Positions 41,351 to 50,181 of a stretch of 64,000 nucleotides of DNA are shown one piece after another; position 1 is the first letter of the stretch, and each line of letters starts with the position of its first letter. The notes beneath the pieces are model-generated. The model was given only the letters and a program-made list of their open reading frames with translations, did no database searches and was not told the origin of the DNA. Where the stretch lies: positions 1 through 64,000 of IMG/VR virus record IMGVR_UViG_3300002143_000079. One strand, given 5' to 3'. Source of the DNA: a virus. The position numbers and the translations under genes are program-made.

Positions 41351-41727
41351 GATTTGATTTCCTTAACTTTTACTAACTCGGTGGAATTTTTTTGAACATC
41401 CTGCATCGCATCCAACAACTGTTTACGTTCCTCGTCAGTTATGGCAAATGATTGGTCACCATCTCCACCCTCATTTTGTTTGGATAAAATACGTTGTATA
41501 ACCGCAGCTAATTTTACAAGTTGTTCATCGTTTTTAATTCCAGTGTCGAGATAATCACGAATAAGTGGCACGATAACCATTGCGTCGTTCACACTTTTAA
41601 TCAACGGACGGAGTTCACTGATTAAAATATCAATTTGGTCCTTCTTTTCATTCTGATTAACTACAATTTCTTTACAGAGTGATGAGAACGACTTACCTTT
41701 ATATATTTCAAATTCGATAGTTTCCAT
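41347..41727 (-). CDS. Helical hypothetical protein
   Basis: IVPLIRDYL..GIKNDEQLVKLAAVIQR; late motif upstream. Confidence 0.6.
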   Translation of the reverse strand: METIEFEIYKGKSFSSLCKEIVVNQNEKKDQIDILISELRPLIKSVNDAMVIVPLIRDYLDTGIKNDEQLVKLAAVIQRILSKQNEGGDGDQSFAITDEERKQLLDAMQDVQKNSTELVKVKEIKS

Positions 41728-41738
41728 AACAATAAATA

Positions 41739-42485
41739 TCAGATTGACCGCCTTTTACGATTTTTCCACAAATTCTTCCGATGTGACTCCGATTTGGCAA
41801 CACCTTTGGTTTTTTGACGAATTTTTTCACGTCGTTCATTTTCTATTTCTTCTAAGGAAACCTTACCAAGTGTCCAACCTTTTATAGAAAGTCTTTTACC
41901 ATTTAAAAACAAATTTAACCCACCACTATCAACTTTGTATTTTTTTCTAAAATCATATGGTGTAAGAGTTTCGACTATTCCCATTGATTCGTTGTAAAAG
42001 GCATATTTTGTTTTAATGTAACGTGCATTATTAATTCCTGTATGAGCGATACGATTTTTCTCTTTTTGTTTTTTTGTCTTCGGTTTACCATACATATAGG
42101 ATTTTTCACCCCTATTTGCCAAACTTTGTTTTATACGTGTTTCCAGACGTCTTTCGGAAACCCCCGACCAACTTTTCAAATAATTGCACAAATTTTCCAT
42201 ACCGTAGAAATCTATAAATGCGGATTCTAATGATAACGCCTCTATTTCCACGACGTTCTCAATCAACTTTTCATACTTTGGAGACAAACCTTTTTTAACT
42301 AGGTCATAAATCTTATTAAACAACTTATAGTTTGTCTTGTTAGGAACTTTTCCCAACCTCACATCTTTTTCATGTTTATACATTCTATTACCACACCCCT
42401 TACCGACGTAAAATACTTCGTCTGTAAGGGGATGTGACAATTGATAGGTGTAATATTTATTAACTAAGGGAACCGTTTTCGACAT
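41739..42485 (-). CDS. GIY-YIG-superfamily (LEM-3-like) homing endonuclease with NUMOD motifs
   Basis: YYTYQL..P....FYVGKG.GNR...H...E...I..YG..NL.N; GEKSYMYGKPKT. Confidence 0.8.
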   Translation of the reverse strand: MSKTVPLVNKYYTYQLSHPLTDEVFYVGKGCGNRMYKHEKDVRLGKVPNKTNYKLFNKIYDLVKKGLSPKYEKLIENVVEIEALSLESAFIDFYGMENLCNYLKSWSGVSERRLETRIKQSLANRGEKSYMYGKPKTKKQKEKNRIAHTGINNARYIKTKYAFYNESMGIVETLTPYDFRKKYKVDSGGLNLFLNGKRLSIKGWTLGKVSLEEIENERREKIRQKTKGVAKSESHRKNLWKNRKRRSI

Positions 42486-43356
42486 AGAGCTTAGTAATCT
42501 TATTCTGATACTCTTTCATCTTATTTATCACTTTTGTAATCTGCTGCGTTTTGCACGAAGAAATTTCACGGATATAAAGATATAATGCCTTCTTATTGAA
42601 GTGGTCTATTCGATCACTATTACGGAATAACTCGACGACTGCCTCAGCAATTTTCAAATCTTTCTTCTTGGTGAATATCTCGGTGAGATTTCTATCCCAA
42701 TAATCCACCATCATTGTGATGAATTGTTTAGTTTCCATTTCTTTGTGATGTGTATCCTCAGATTGTAATCTAACGGTGTTCGCTTCATTCTCTTCACTGA
42801 TATCAACTTGTTGGTTATATCGTTTGTAATTGGAATTGTTATTGAATATCAGGTAGTTCTTCGCAATGATACTGAAATATGAAAATGCCTTACCTTTACC
42901 TTCTTCATATTTATGAATGTTAGCCACCAAATGTGAAAGCGTTTCTTTTTGTACTTCCAATGGACCTACATCGAAGTAACTGAATTTGAATGTGTTAAAG
43001 ATATTCTCCACCAACTTTTCAAATGCAAACTTTATCTTGGTGTTGAAGATTTCATTGCGTTTATCAATATCTTCTTCTTTATTATACAATACAATGGAGT
43101 CTTCCGTATCTTTGGTAAAATACATTTTTTCAAAGGACGGTTTACGAACCTTCTTCACTGGAACCTCAACTACTGGTGTAGGTGTGGGCACCGGCGTTAC
43201 TTTCGGTTTTTCTTCACAAACATCGACTATCTGAACCCTATTTACATTTTTAATTTTAGCCGATTTGAATGTCTTTTTAGAAGTAACCTTATTCCTAGAG
43301 CCGGGTTTATTCTTGACTGTTTTCTTTGTTTTTGTTTTTTGAATCATCGTCGTCAT
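42460..43356 (-). CDS. Late-transcription sigma factor (T4 gp55-like)
   Basis: YFT..TE..I..YN; KAFSYFSIIAKNYLI region-2-like motif. Confidence 0.7.
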   Translation of the reverse strand: MTTMIQKTKTKKTVKNKPGSRNKVTSKKTFKSAKIKNVNRVQIVDVCEEKPKVTPVPTPTPVVEVPVKKVRKPSFEKMYFTKDTEDSIVLYNKEEDIDKRNEIFNTKIKFAFEKLVENIFNTFKFSYFDVGPLEVQKETLSHLVANIHKYEEGKGKAFSYFSIIAKNYLIFNNNSNYKRYNQQVDISEENEANTVRLQSEDTHHKEMETKQFITMMVDYWDRNLTEIFTKKKDLKIAEAVVELFRNSDRIDHFNKKALYLYIREISSCKTQQITKVINKMKEYQNKITKLYVENGSLS

Positions 43357-43609
43357 AGGTTTTTTCTTTTAAATCGTTTATTATATCAACCATGTTAGAA
43401 AAAACAAACCCAACTTCATCATCCTTTTCAAACATTTCCCGGTCGTCAATAAATTTCAGTTTAGCGTAGGTATCTTGAACCATCTCTTTGAAATCCAAAA
43501 TCCAGACTTCGTATATTTTTACTTTCGTAAGACTTACGTTTAACGCTTTATAAAGAAAAATATTGATTGCCACCGACACCACTAATAAAATTGAAACTAT
43601 AATTATCAT
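43307..43609 (-). CDS. Small membrane-anchored protein
   Basis: N-terminal hydrophobic helix; FEKDDEVGFVF. Confidence 0.6.
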   Translation of the reverse strand: MIIIVSILLVVSVAINIFLYKALNVSLTKVKIYEVWILDFKEMVQDTYAKLKFIDDREMFEKDDEVGFVFSNMVDIINDLKEKTYDDDDSKNKNKENSQE

Positions 43610-43611
43610 AT

Positions 43612-43752
43612 TTAATAAGAACTTTCATCATCGTCTGTATCCTCGACATATTCTTCGAGATATTCTATCGCCTCATAAACCAAATCCCAATCTGATCGAG
43701 TTGTTGATTTTCTTAACATTTTTAATACTGCGTTTATATTGTTTTCGTCCAT
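43612..43752 (-). CDS. 46-aa hypothetical protein (MDENNINAVL...), not in the ORF track
   Basis: Fills the gap; abuts the next start. Confidence 0.5.
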   Translation of the reverse strand: MDENNINAVLKMLRKSTTRSDWDLVYEAIEYLEEYVEDTDDDESSY

Positions 43753-43927
43753 AACATAAACTACATAGTAACCAATATTCAAAAAATCAAATTAATTTCG
43801 AAAAAGTCTCGCAAACTTCGTGTGTTTGGCCAGTTTTTTCTTTTTATCGACATTTTTTACTACATTTGATGATATTAATTCCGTGTTTGTTTCATCTGTC
43901 ACGACACTATCATTCAAATTACTAATG

Positions 43928-44776
43928 TCAAGGGTATTTATGATAATTTTTTTTTTTATCGTCGGTGAATAATATGTTATTATATGCCAATAGGAGACAA
44001 ATTGCAAGTGGATCAAACACGGAAATTAATAGGGCAATGAACCATTTTACAATAGTGTCCATGGGAACATTGAATTCATCCGACACATATTTAAATGTGA
44101 TTATATCACTCTTACTACGAGATTCGACTTTTACGTTATTAATAGTTGTCTGCAAATTCAATAATTCCTCGTTCGAAGATTGGATTTTCTGATTCTCTAA
44201 TTCAATATTCTTTTCGTTATTAGTTATCAGGTCCAAAGTTTGCGTTTGGATTTCTTGTAATTGAATTGGATTTCGAGCCAAGAAAGTATTCGTCATTGAA
44301 TCATTCAATCTCTTTTCTTGATTCACCCGAAGGCTGTCGATAGTTAATATACGACTTTTGGATTGTTCAATTTTTGACTGAGTAACCAATTTTTGAGACT
44401 CATACATTGCAATTTTTTCTTCGTATGTTGAGTTTTCTAAAGAAGATTTTTGATATGCAGAACTCAAATATCCAAATATACCCAATGAAGTAATAAACAT
44501 TAATACAACAACCCCAATGGTTAAGTATATTTTCAAAAACGATTTAGTCGATTCCCAATATCTAAACAAATAACTAGTCGCTACTAATTTACCCAATTCC
44601 AAGGAGGAAGCCATAATGATTGCGGCGACCATAGAACCTGAAAATAACATGGCAATACCAATAATAGAAAAATAAGCTGCACAGGTTGCGATGAAAAAGG
44701 ATGTGAAACCAACTAAATTTTTAAAAGAAAAGACGTTCATAAGACATAAATATGGAAATAAAAGAAAAAACCCCAT
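43928..44776 (-). CDS. Multi-pass membrane/coiled-coil protein (likely start 44740)
   Basis: Three N-terminal TM helices (SLELGKLV, TSLGIFGYLS), coiled coil, VFDPLAI. Confidence 0.7.
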   Translation of the reverse strand: MGFFLLFPYLCLMNVFSFKNLVGFTSFFIATCAAYFSIIGIAMLFSGSMVAAIIMASSLELGKLVATSYLFRYWESTKSFLKIYLTIGVVVLMFITSLGIFGYLSSAYQKSSLENSTYEEKIAMYESQKLVTQSKIEQSKSRILTIDSLRVNQEKRLNDSMTNTFLARNPIQLQEIQTQTLDLITNNEKNIELENQKIQSSNEELLNLQTTINNVKVESRSKSDIITFKYVSDEFNVPMDTIVKWFIALLISVFDPLAICLLLAYNNILFTDDKKKNYHKYP

Positions 44777-44795
44777 CTTTCGATGGGGGTTTTCT
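44761..44795 (-). terminator. Rho-independent terminator
   Basis: CCCCATC-GAAA-GATGGGG plus U-tract after the HD gene. Confidence 0.75.
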
Positions 44796-44826
44796 ATAAA
44801 CCTATGTATATAAACGTATTACGTGA

Positions 44827-45522
44827 TTAACGATTTTCTCGTTTCCACAAATCATACTCCGTTCGACAAGCGATAAAATCACCTTGATGTAGGATACGGG
44901 GAAGATTGGTCTTCAATTCGTAATCAGGATTGTAATTTTTCAAATATGAGGTGTTTGCTTCGTGATAAAGACCATCTGACAACTTAATACCCAAGGTTTC
45001 TTTCCAAGTGCAGACAATTCCATACTGTTGAAGAATATACAAAGCTCGGTCAGTGACGTCCATATATTGAAGATTGGTGTTGAACTTGAATATCTCACCA
45101 CGATTTTTTACATGCCAGTCGCTGTCTTGTGGTAGATAGTATTCACCTTGTTGTCGGTCACCCAATTTACCCAAATCGTGATGAAGTGCGGCAAAAATTA
45201 GTTCTTCATCGGTGAAATCAATTTCCGCACCCATTACTGTCCATAACTTTTTGACACCCATGGAAGCTTTACAAACTCCTAAAATATGGTCTAAGTATCC
45301 ACCAATATAGGCATTGTGGAAATGTGCTTTTGCGGAAGCAGGAGCGGTTATCAATCGAAGTCCGTATTCATTCTCACTATAAAGGTGGAGAAGTTTCTCC
45401 AATCGTTCACCATCGAAATTCTTTTTAAGAAATGTGATGAATGACTCGTAATTATCTTGTAATTCTTGTTCGGTATATTCTTTCATATGACATGAATATA
45501 CGTCACGACCAATAAAAGACAA
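44827..45522 (-). CDS. HD-domain phosphohydrolase (likely start 45486)
   Basis: APAS...FH....GGYLDH, ALHHDLGK, LHQGD. Confidence 0.85.
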   Translation of the reverse strand: MSFIGRDVYSCHMKEYTEQELQDNYESFITFLKKNFDGERLEKLLHLYSENEYGLRLITAPASAKAHFHNAYIGGYLDHILGVCKASMGVKKLWTVMGAEIDFTDEELIFAALHHDLGKLGDRQQGEYYLPQDSDWHVKNRGEIFKFNTNLQYMDVTDRALYILQQYGIVCTWKETLGIKLSDGLYHEANTSYLKNYNPDYELKTNLPRILHQGDFIACRTEYDLWKRENR

Positions 45523-45526
45523 TTTA

Positions 45527-45688
45527 TTATATCTCTGTATTTTTCAGAGTGAGTAGATATTTCTTACCGTCGTGGGATAACTGATTTATTTTAGCGTCGG
45601 TTATGTCACCATCCTTTGCCTTCTCATAAGACAATTTCATAATTTCCTCAAGGACGGATTCTAACTTTTCCAATGTTTCTTTTTTCAT
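45527..45688 (-). CDS. 53-aa hypothetical protein (MKKETLEKLE...), not in the ORF track
   Basis: Fills the gap; starts right after the upstream stop. Confidence 0.5.
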   Translation of the reverse strand: MKKETLEKLESVLEEIMKLSYEKAKDGDITDAKINQLSHDGKKYLLTLKNTEI

Positions 45689-45689
45689 A

Positions 45690-46142
45690 TTAAGTCAATG
45701 TGAATGTTCTCCACTGACTTCCAACATAACCCTGAAATGAACCCGAAGTCAAGTTGTAAATAACCGTACCAGCTTGGACATTTGTTAAATTATTGACTTG
45801 GTTTTGGGTATATTGATAAACTGCAAATCCCATACCATCTTTACCACCCACCACTGAAACATTCGCATTGGCGCTATAAGATGATGAAGTAGAAGAACCT
45901 GCGGTGGTTGCATATGTCGAAAGACTCGATGTTTCTGCAACCACCGCAGTTTCGGAATTTTCACAACTAACAGAATGTTCTGACTCTTTGGGAATGAGAT
46001 TATCCGTAAAATATCCGGTAAGTTCATGTACGGACATGTTTTTTGTTTCGGAAAAATCTCTATCCACGACCACAAGTAAATCTTGCGAGTCTAAACTAGC
46101 AGACGTAAGTGGGGACAATTCTGTTATTCGTTTGTTTGCCAT
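45690..46142 (-). CDS. Short tail-fibre-like protein
   Basis: KRITEL.......DLLVVVD....ETK and GTVIYN.T...FQGY.G..W fibre motifs. Confidence 0.6.
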   Translation of the reverse strand: MANKRITELSPLTSASLDSQDLLVVVDRDFSETKNMSVHELTGYFTDNLIPKESEHSVSCENSETAVVAETSSLSTYATTAGSSTSSSYSANANVSVVGGKDGMGFAVYQYTQNQVNNLTNVQAGTVIYNLTSGSFQGYVGSQWRTFTLT

Positions 46143-46164
46143 ATATCAACACATAAATATGTGT

Positions 46165-46890
46165 TTATAATTGTTTTTTGGTTTTTTTAATGATAAATTG
46201 TACTAATTTGCTACGAACAATGTCGTCTTCGGTGAATTGGAATGTATAAATTCCATTCTCCCGACTCTCAGCATCATCGAAAACATCATACATTTTCTTG
46301 AATCCACTTTTACCATTAATGTCGGCTTGGTCAGGATCACCAATTACAAAGATTTTACTGAATTCACCAACACGGGTAATCAACGTCATCAATTCCTTGG
46401 TGGTTAAATTCTGTGCTTCATCCGCAACAATGGCCTTTGCATTCCAATTTAATCCTCGGAGAAATCCAACAGGAATAGAATCAATATGACCACCTTTTTG
46501 TAAAGCATCTATATCTCCATGACTAAGAAACTCATCCAATTTATCTAATAATGGTTGGAGATATGGTGCCATTTTTTCACTACTCTCACCGGGCAAAAAG
46601 CCCAATTTACTATCACTACTTTCAACGGCGCTACGAATGTATAAGAGATCACTGACTCGTCTATCATTCATTAATTTGAGAGATGCTAAAATAGCCAGAT
46701 ATGTTTTGCTTGTTCCGGCTGGACCTGATACGAATATCATTTTGACATTTTTATCAAATGCCAATTCTAAGAAGGATTTTTGTTTTTCGGTTAATTGTTG
46801 TTTTTCTGTTATGGTTATTTGATTTTTTATTTTCTTGTTTTGCGGAACTACTGGGCTTTTGTCAGTTAGTTTATTTTTACTTTTTTTCAT
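46165..46890 (-). CDS. phoH: PhoH-family ATPase
   Basis: GPAGTSKT, LGFLPG, FLRG, DEAQN, GD..Q.D, DIVRS. Confidence 0.93.
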   Translation of the reverse strand: MKKSKNKLTDKSPVVPQNKKIKNQITITEKQQLTEKQKSFLELAFDKNVKMIFVSGPAGTSKTYLAILASLKLMNDRRVSDLLYIRSAVESSDSKLGFLPGESSEKMAPYLQPLLDKLDEFLSHGDIDALQKGGHIDSIPVGFLRGLNWNAKAIVADEAQNLTTKELMTLITRVGEFSKIFVIGDPDQADINGKSGFKKMYDVFDDAESRENGIYTFQFTEDDIVRSKLVQFIIKKTKKQL

Positions 46891-47192
46891 ATAGTTTTAA
46901 GCAATCTAACATTTACTTTCTTAATCTTACTACATAATTCGTAGTATTCATTTTCCATACAATAACTGTATATCTGTTCCATATTGGATAAGAAATTATT
47001 TTTATCCAGCGTGATAACAAAATCGGAATTTTTGAACTTAAAAACCTCGATAACAGTGAGATCATTTTCAACAGAGTGTTGAATTGAATTGACGACACTA
47101 TCCATCATTTTTAACTTATTTTCGTGGACATATGATTTTAGTTCACCATCTGACGACGGTAGAACCATTGGTTTATAGCAATTTTTTTTCAT
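46887..47192 (-). CDS. Hypothetical protein
   Basis: E.YELC..I C-terminal motif; coupled to phoH. Confidence 0.55.
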   Translation of the reverse strand: MKKNCYKPMVLPSSDGELKSYVHENKLKMMDSVVNSIQHSVENDLTVIEVFKFKNSDFVITLDKNNFLSNMEQIYSYCMENEYYELCSKIKKVNVRLLKTI

Positions 47193-47251
47193 AAAAAGTT
47201 AACCGAACATAAATATCAAAATAATATACCAAAATCAAATATACGCACAAT

Positions 47252-47282
47252 AAAAAACGTGACTATTTCTAGTCACGTTTTC
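47252..47282. terminator. Bidirectional terminator-like hairpin
   Basis: AAAAAACGTGACTA-TTTC-TAGTCACGTTTT. Confidence 0.7.
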
Positions 47283-47310
47283 AATTCAATTGATATTTTT
47301 AATCACCCTG

Positions 47311-47520
47311 TTAATCTTTACGTAGATTTTTTTCTACGATTTCCACCGTTGAAGATTTATCCCACTTTTGCGTCAACGATTTCCAATACGTATATTCATC
47401 AATCGCATTTTCGGGGTTATTGTATTCCAACTCCGAGACACGAAATCCATCTCTAGTGACAATGTATTTATGTGAATTGACTTTGTTAACCGGTTTAGTT
47501 TTATTAATGGTATTTGTCAT
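47311..47520 (-). CDS. Hypothetical protein, leaderless early transcript
   Basis: TTGACA-N16-TAACAT-6nt-ATG. Confidence 0.6.
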   Translation of the reverse strand: MTNTINKTKPVNKVNSHKYIVTRDGFRVSELEYNNPENAIDEYTYWKSLTQKWDKSSTVEIVEKNLRKD

Positions 47521-47560
47521 ATTTTTATGTTACATTAGACTTCTCATTTGTCAATGGATA

Positions 47561-47854
47561 TTAACCTAGTAGAATTTCCTTTTCCTTTTTATCTGCGGTT
47601 TCACTTGCGGTTTGAAGATACTCAACCAATTCATTTTTTCTTTCTTCGGATAAAATAACGTGGTCAGCCCAAGGATGTCCGGTTGTTAGAATTCGCCAAC
47701 ACCATCGAATTCTTTCACTCCAACGTAAAATAGCGCCATTATTACCAAGATGCCACATACTAAACCAATATTGTTTATCGTAGATGTCATATTCAACTTC
47801 CAACGCATGACCACTACATTCACATTTTAATATTTTACCTCGATTATATGTCAT
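47561..47854 (-). CDS. Hypothetical protein
   Basis: CECSGH; W.ERIR..W..L. Confidence 0.6.
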   Translation of the reverse strand: MTYNRGKILKCECSGHALEVEYDIYDKQYWFSMWHLGNNGAILRWSERIRWCWRILTTGHPWADHVILSEERKNELVEYLQTASETADKKEKEILLG

Positions 47855-48055
47855 AATTTTTATATTTATACATTACACCAATGAAAACTTCGCCCGACTA
47901 TCCGTTAATTAACAGAATAAAACATTTGAGTTTTCATTTAGTTTGTATAGGAAGATTATCAGTGAAATTGATGTGTGGAAAGATATTATATTTGGAATTT
48001 TTAACGAAGGTGAAATTTTTCTTGAAGGGTGTGAAGAGAGCATTATTACCGTAAA

Positions 48056-48439
48056 TGGTGGAGATGATGGAAGTTGAATCCATGTCTTCAATCGTTATAC
48101 CGTCAAAGCCTACATGTTTAGGATGTTTAAATTTTCGAGATTGTGTTCTGAACATACCAAACCACACAACCCTTATACTCAAGTTTTCTCGTTTGGTAAC
48201 CTAAGTCGAATTACCAAACACTCACGAAAAATTCGTTGAATAGACTATCGTGTGTCATCCATTCAACGGCACAACCTTTTATTAGGCTGCGACAGCAACT
48301 TCGTCCATTTCTGGAGTGAAGTCATAGGCGATTACGTTTTTTGCGTTTAATCTTTTTGATAGAAATTTTTAAGAGGCCAACTATCATCCTCTACATGCCT
48401 CGTACTTTATCTCAACTGAATCGAAACCAGTACATCCCC
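48056..48439 (-). ncRNA. ssrA: tmRNA (one-piece), tag AKNVIAYDFTPEMDEVAVAA
   Basis: 5' GGGGATG pairs with 3' CATCTCC-ACCA including G3:U; T-arm ATGGA-TTCAACT-TCCAT; resume codon TAAAC-GCA at 48344; tag ends AVAA-TAA-TAA; TTGACA-N16-TATAGT upstream. Confidence 0.93.
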
Positions 48440-48495
48440 ATAAAATTCTCAAAGAACAATACCGTCACTATACTACATCTTTTCTATTTGTCAAC

Positions 48496-49242
48496 TCATT
48501 GTGCAAACGAACGTCGAATATCTTTGTAGATTTCTCGAAGCACCAACTTCTCCATATCCGGCGTTGGTTCTGGTTGAATTGATGTAATGTCTACATCATC
48601 AAGATATTCCGTTGTCAAATCTTCACCATGAGGTTCTCTAGCAGTCGAGTTAGAAATACTAACCGTTGCGGTATATGTGTATTCAACTTCTCCAACCATG
48701 ACATACCCGGATTTTTTTTGAGTTTCCGAGTTACTATTTTCACTCACCGAAGCTTCCTTGATATTATACATCTTTCTAAATGTGTCGTATGTGTAAACCA
48801 TATCTTCACTGAAAGAATAAACGCCAATATCAACTTTACCATTGGAATATTTTGCGTTGACATATTGCCATTTTTTATCACGCATCATGAATGGTTCTTC
48901 ACCTTGTCTTTCTCCCACATATTCTGCATACATTTCATCGGAGTTATCTTCTCGGAGATAAGCAAAACGTTGTGACTCATCCTTCAACTGTTTTATCATT
49001 GATTGTGTATTGGGTTTTTTAATCCACGATTCATACGCCCAACTACCTTTAAATCTATCCCACCCAACACTTGCTTGTAAATTCGAGGACATTAGAAGTT
49101 CTTTGTAAAAAGCAGCTTTTTCAAAATCTTTGACCTTTAGTGCAGATTTCAATTCACGATTCATCAAATCATATTGCATGGTGTCTTTATTTGCCTCTAT
49201 GATATATTCTTTGATTATACTTTTTAATTTACTCTTCTTCAT
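48496..49242 (-). CDS. Hypothetical, probably head-internal protein
   Basis: MKKSKLKSIIKEYIIE N-terminus; TATTTATA upstream. Confidence 0.6.
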   Translation of the reverse strand: MKKSKLKSIIKEYIIEANKDTMQYDLMNRELKSALKVKDFEKAAFYKELLMSSNLQASVGWDRFKGSWAYESWIKKPNTQSMIKQLKDESQRFAYLREDNSDEMYAEYVGERQGEEPFMMRDKKWQYVNAKYSNGKVDIGVYSFSEDMVYTYDTFRKMYNIKEASVSENSNSETQKKSGYVMVGEVEYTYTATVSISNSTAREPHGEDLTTEYLDDVDITSIQPEPTPDMEKLVLREIYKDIRRSFAQ

Positions 49243-49264
49243 ACGATGTATAAATAGTTACGAC

Positions 49265-49303
49265 AAAAAAGAAACCGCCGACTTTTAAGTGTCGGCGGTT
49301 TCT
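49265..49303. terminator. Rho-independent terminator
   Basis: AAGAAACCGCCGAC...GTCGGCGGTTTCTT stem with flanking A/T tract. Confidence 0.85.
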
Positions 49304-49323
49304 TAGAATTATCGTCCAATTGT

Positions 49324-50031
49324 TTAGAACTTGAATCGAACACCCGTAGTCAAAGCAAAATTACCTTCAAACTTACGAGCTGCGAGAGTCGTATCGGAGG
49401 TAACATAACTTGCATCGACATATGGAGTTACATACTTAATGCCGGTATAGGACAACTCACCACCAGCCAACCAACTTGTATGTTTATTGTAGAAGTAACC
49501 TTCAACACGGGGAGTCAACGAGACACCACGATAACTAAAGGTACGGTCCAAACCAACCGTTGTACCAAACAATTCCGTGTCAAAATCCCGAGCGACGGTG
49601 ACATAGGGACTTGCAATCTTCGTTAAAACTGGAAACTTATCCAATCGTAACGTTCCATAGGCCGTGAATGTATCAGTGAAAGCTCCTGCAATAACTCGTT
49701 TTTCAACACCACCTTTGAGATTGAAGACGATGTTACCATCACCAATATTACGTGAGAGATTTGCGTCCAAGACAGCTTGTTGAGCACTTTCTCCACGGAT
49801 ATAATATGTCACACCAACTTCGGGAGTAACAATCTTATTCGACAACGCCACAGTGGATGCGACGAAGGCACTATTTTTCTGGAATTGCAAACCCAAGTGA
49901 TTTGCTCGAGTGGTATAACCCACATCAAAACCTACTTGTGGTGTTACCTTGAACTCAGCAGCGGTTGCTGACATTATAGTTACCAATGCGACCAGCACCA
50001 AGGCGGCCAATGTTTTCATTTGTTTAATCAT
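49324..50031 (-). CDS. Outer-membrane beta-barrel protein
   Basis: Sec signal peptide (ATA-AE), amphipathic beta strands, C-terminal GVRFKF beta-signal. Confidence 0.75.
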   Translation of the reverse strand: MIKQMKTLAALVLVALVTIMSATAAEFKVTPQVGFDVGYTTRANHLGLQFQKNSAFVASTVALSNKIVTPEVGVTYYIRGESAQQAVLDANLSRNIGDGNIVFNLKGGVEKRVIAGAFTDTFTAYGTLRLDKFPVLTKIASPYVTVARDFDTELFGTTVGLDRTFSYRGVSLTPRVEGYFYNKHTSWLAGGELSYTGIKYVTPYVDASYVTSDTTLAARKFEGNFALTTGVRFKF

Positions 50032-50124
50032 ATTTATTTTTCCTTATATAACAATTGTCCCCGGATGACGCATCCAGTTCCAACTTTGAGATAAGTATAG
50101 GTTAAAACAACGTTGTGTCAAATA

Positions 50125-50158
50125 TAAAAACCACCAAAGTTATAATCCCTTGGTGGTT
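50125..50158 (-). terminator. Terminator-like hairpin
   Basis: AACCACCAA...TTGGTGGTT plus U-tract on the minus strand. Confidence 0.6.
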
Positions 50159-50181
50159 AGTATGTTGTATAAGGTTGTCTT

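Noticed and set aside
41347-41727. Small terminase subunit assignment
   Set aside because: Size and helicity fit, but no recognisable gp16 motif and no linkage to gp17
47909-48529. ORFs 47909..48091, 47934..48182 and 48341..48529
   Set aside because: They overlap the tmRNA and show no protein features
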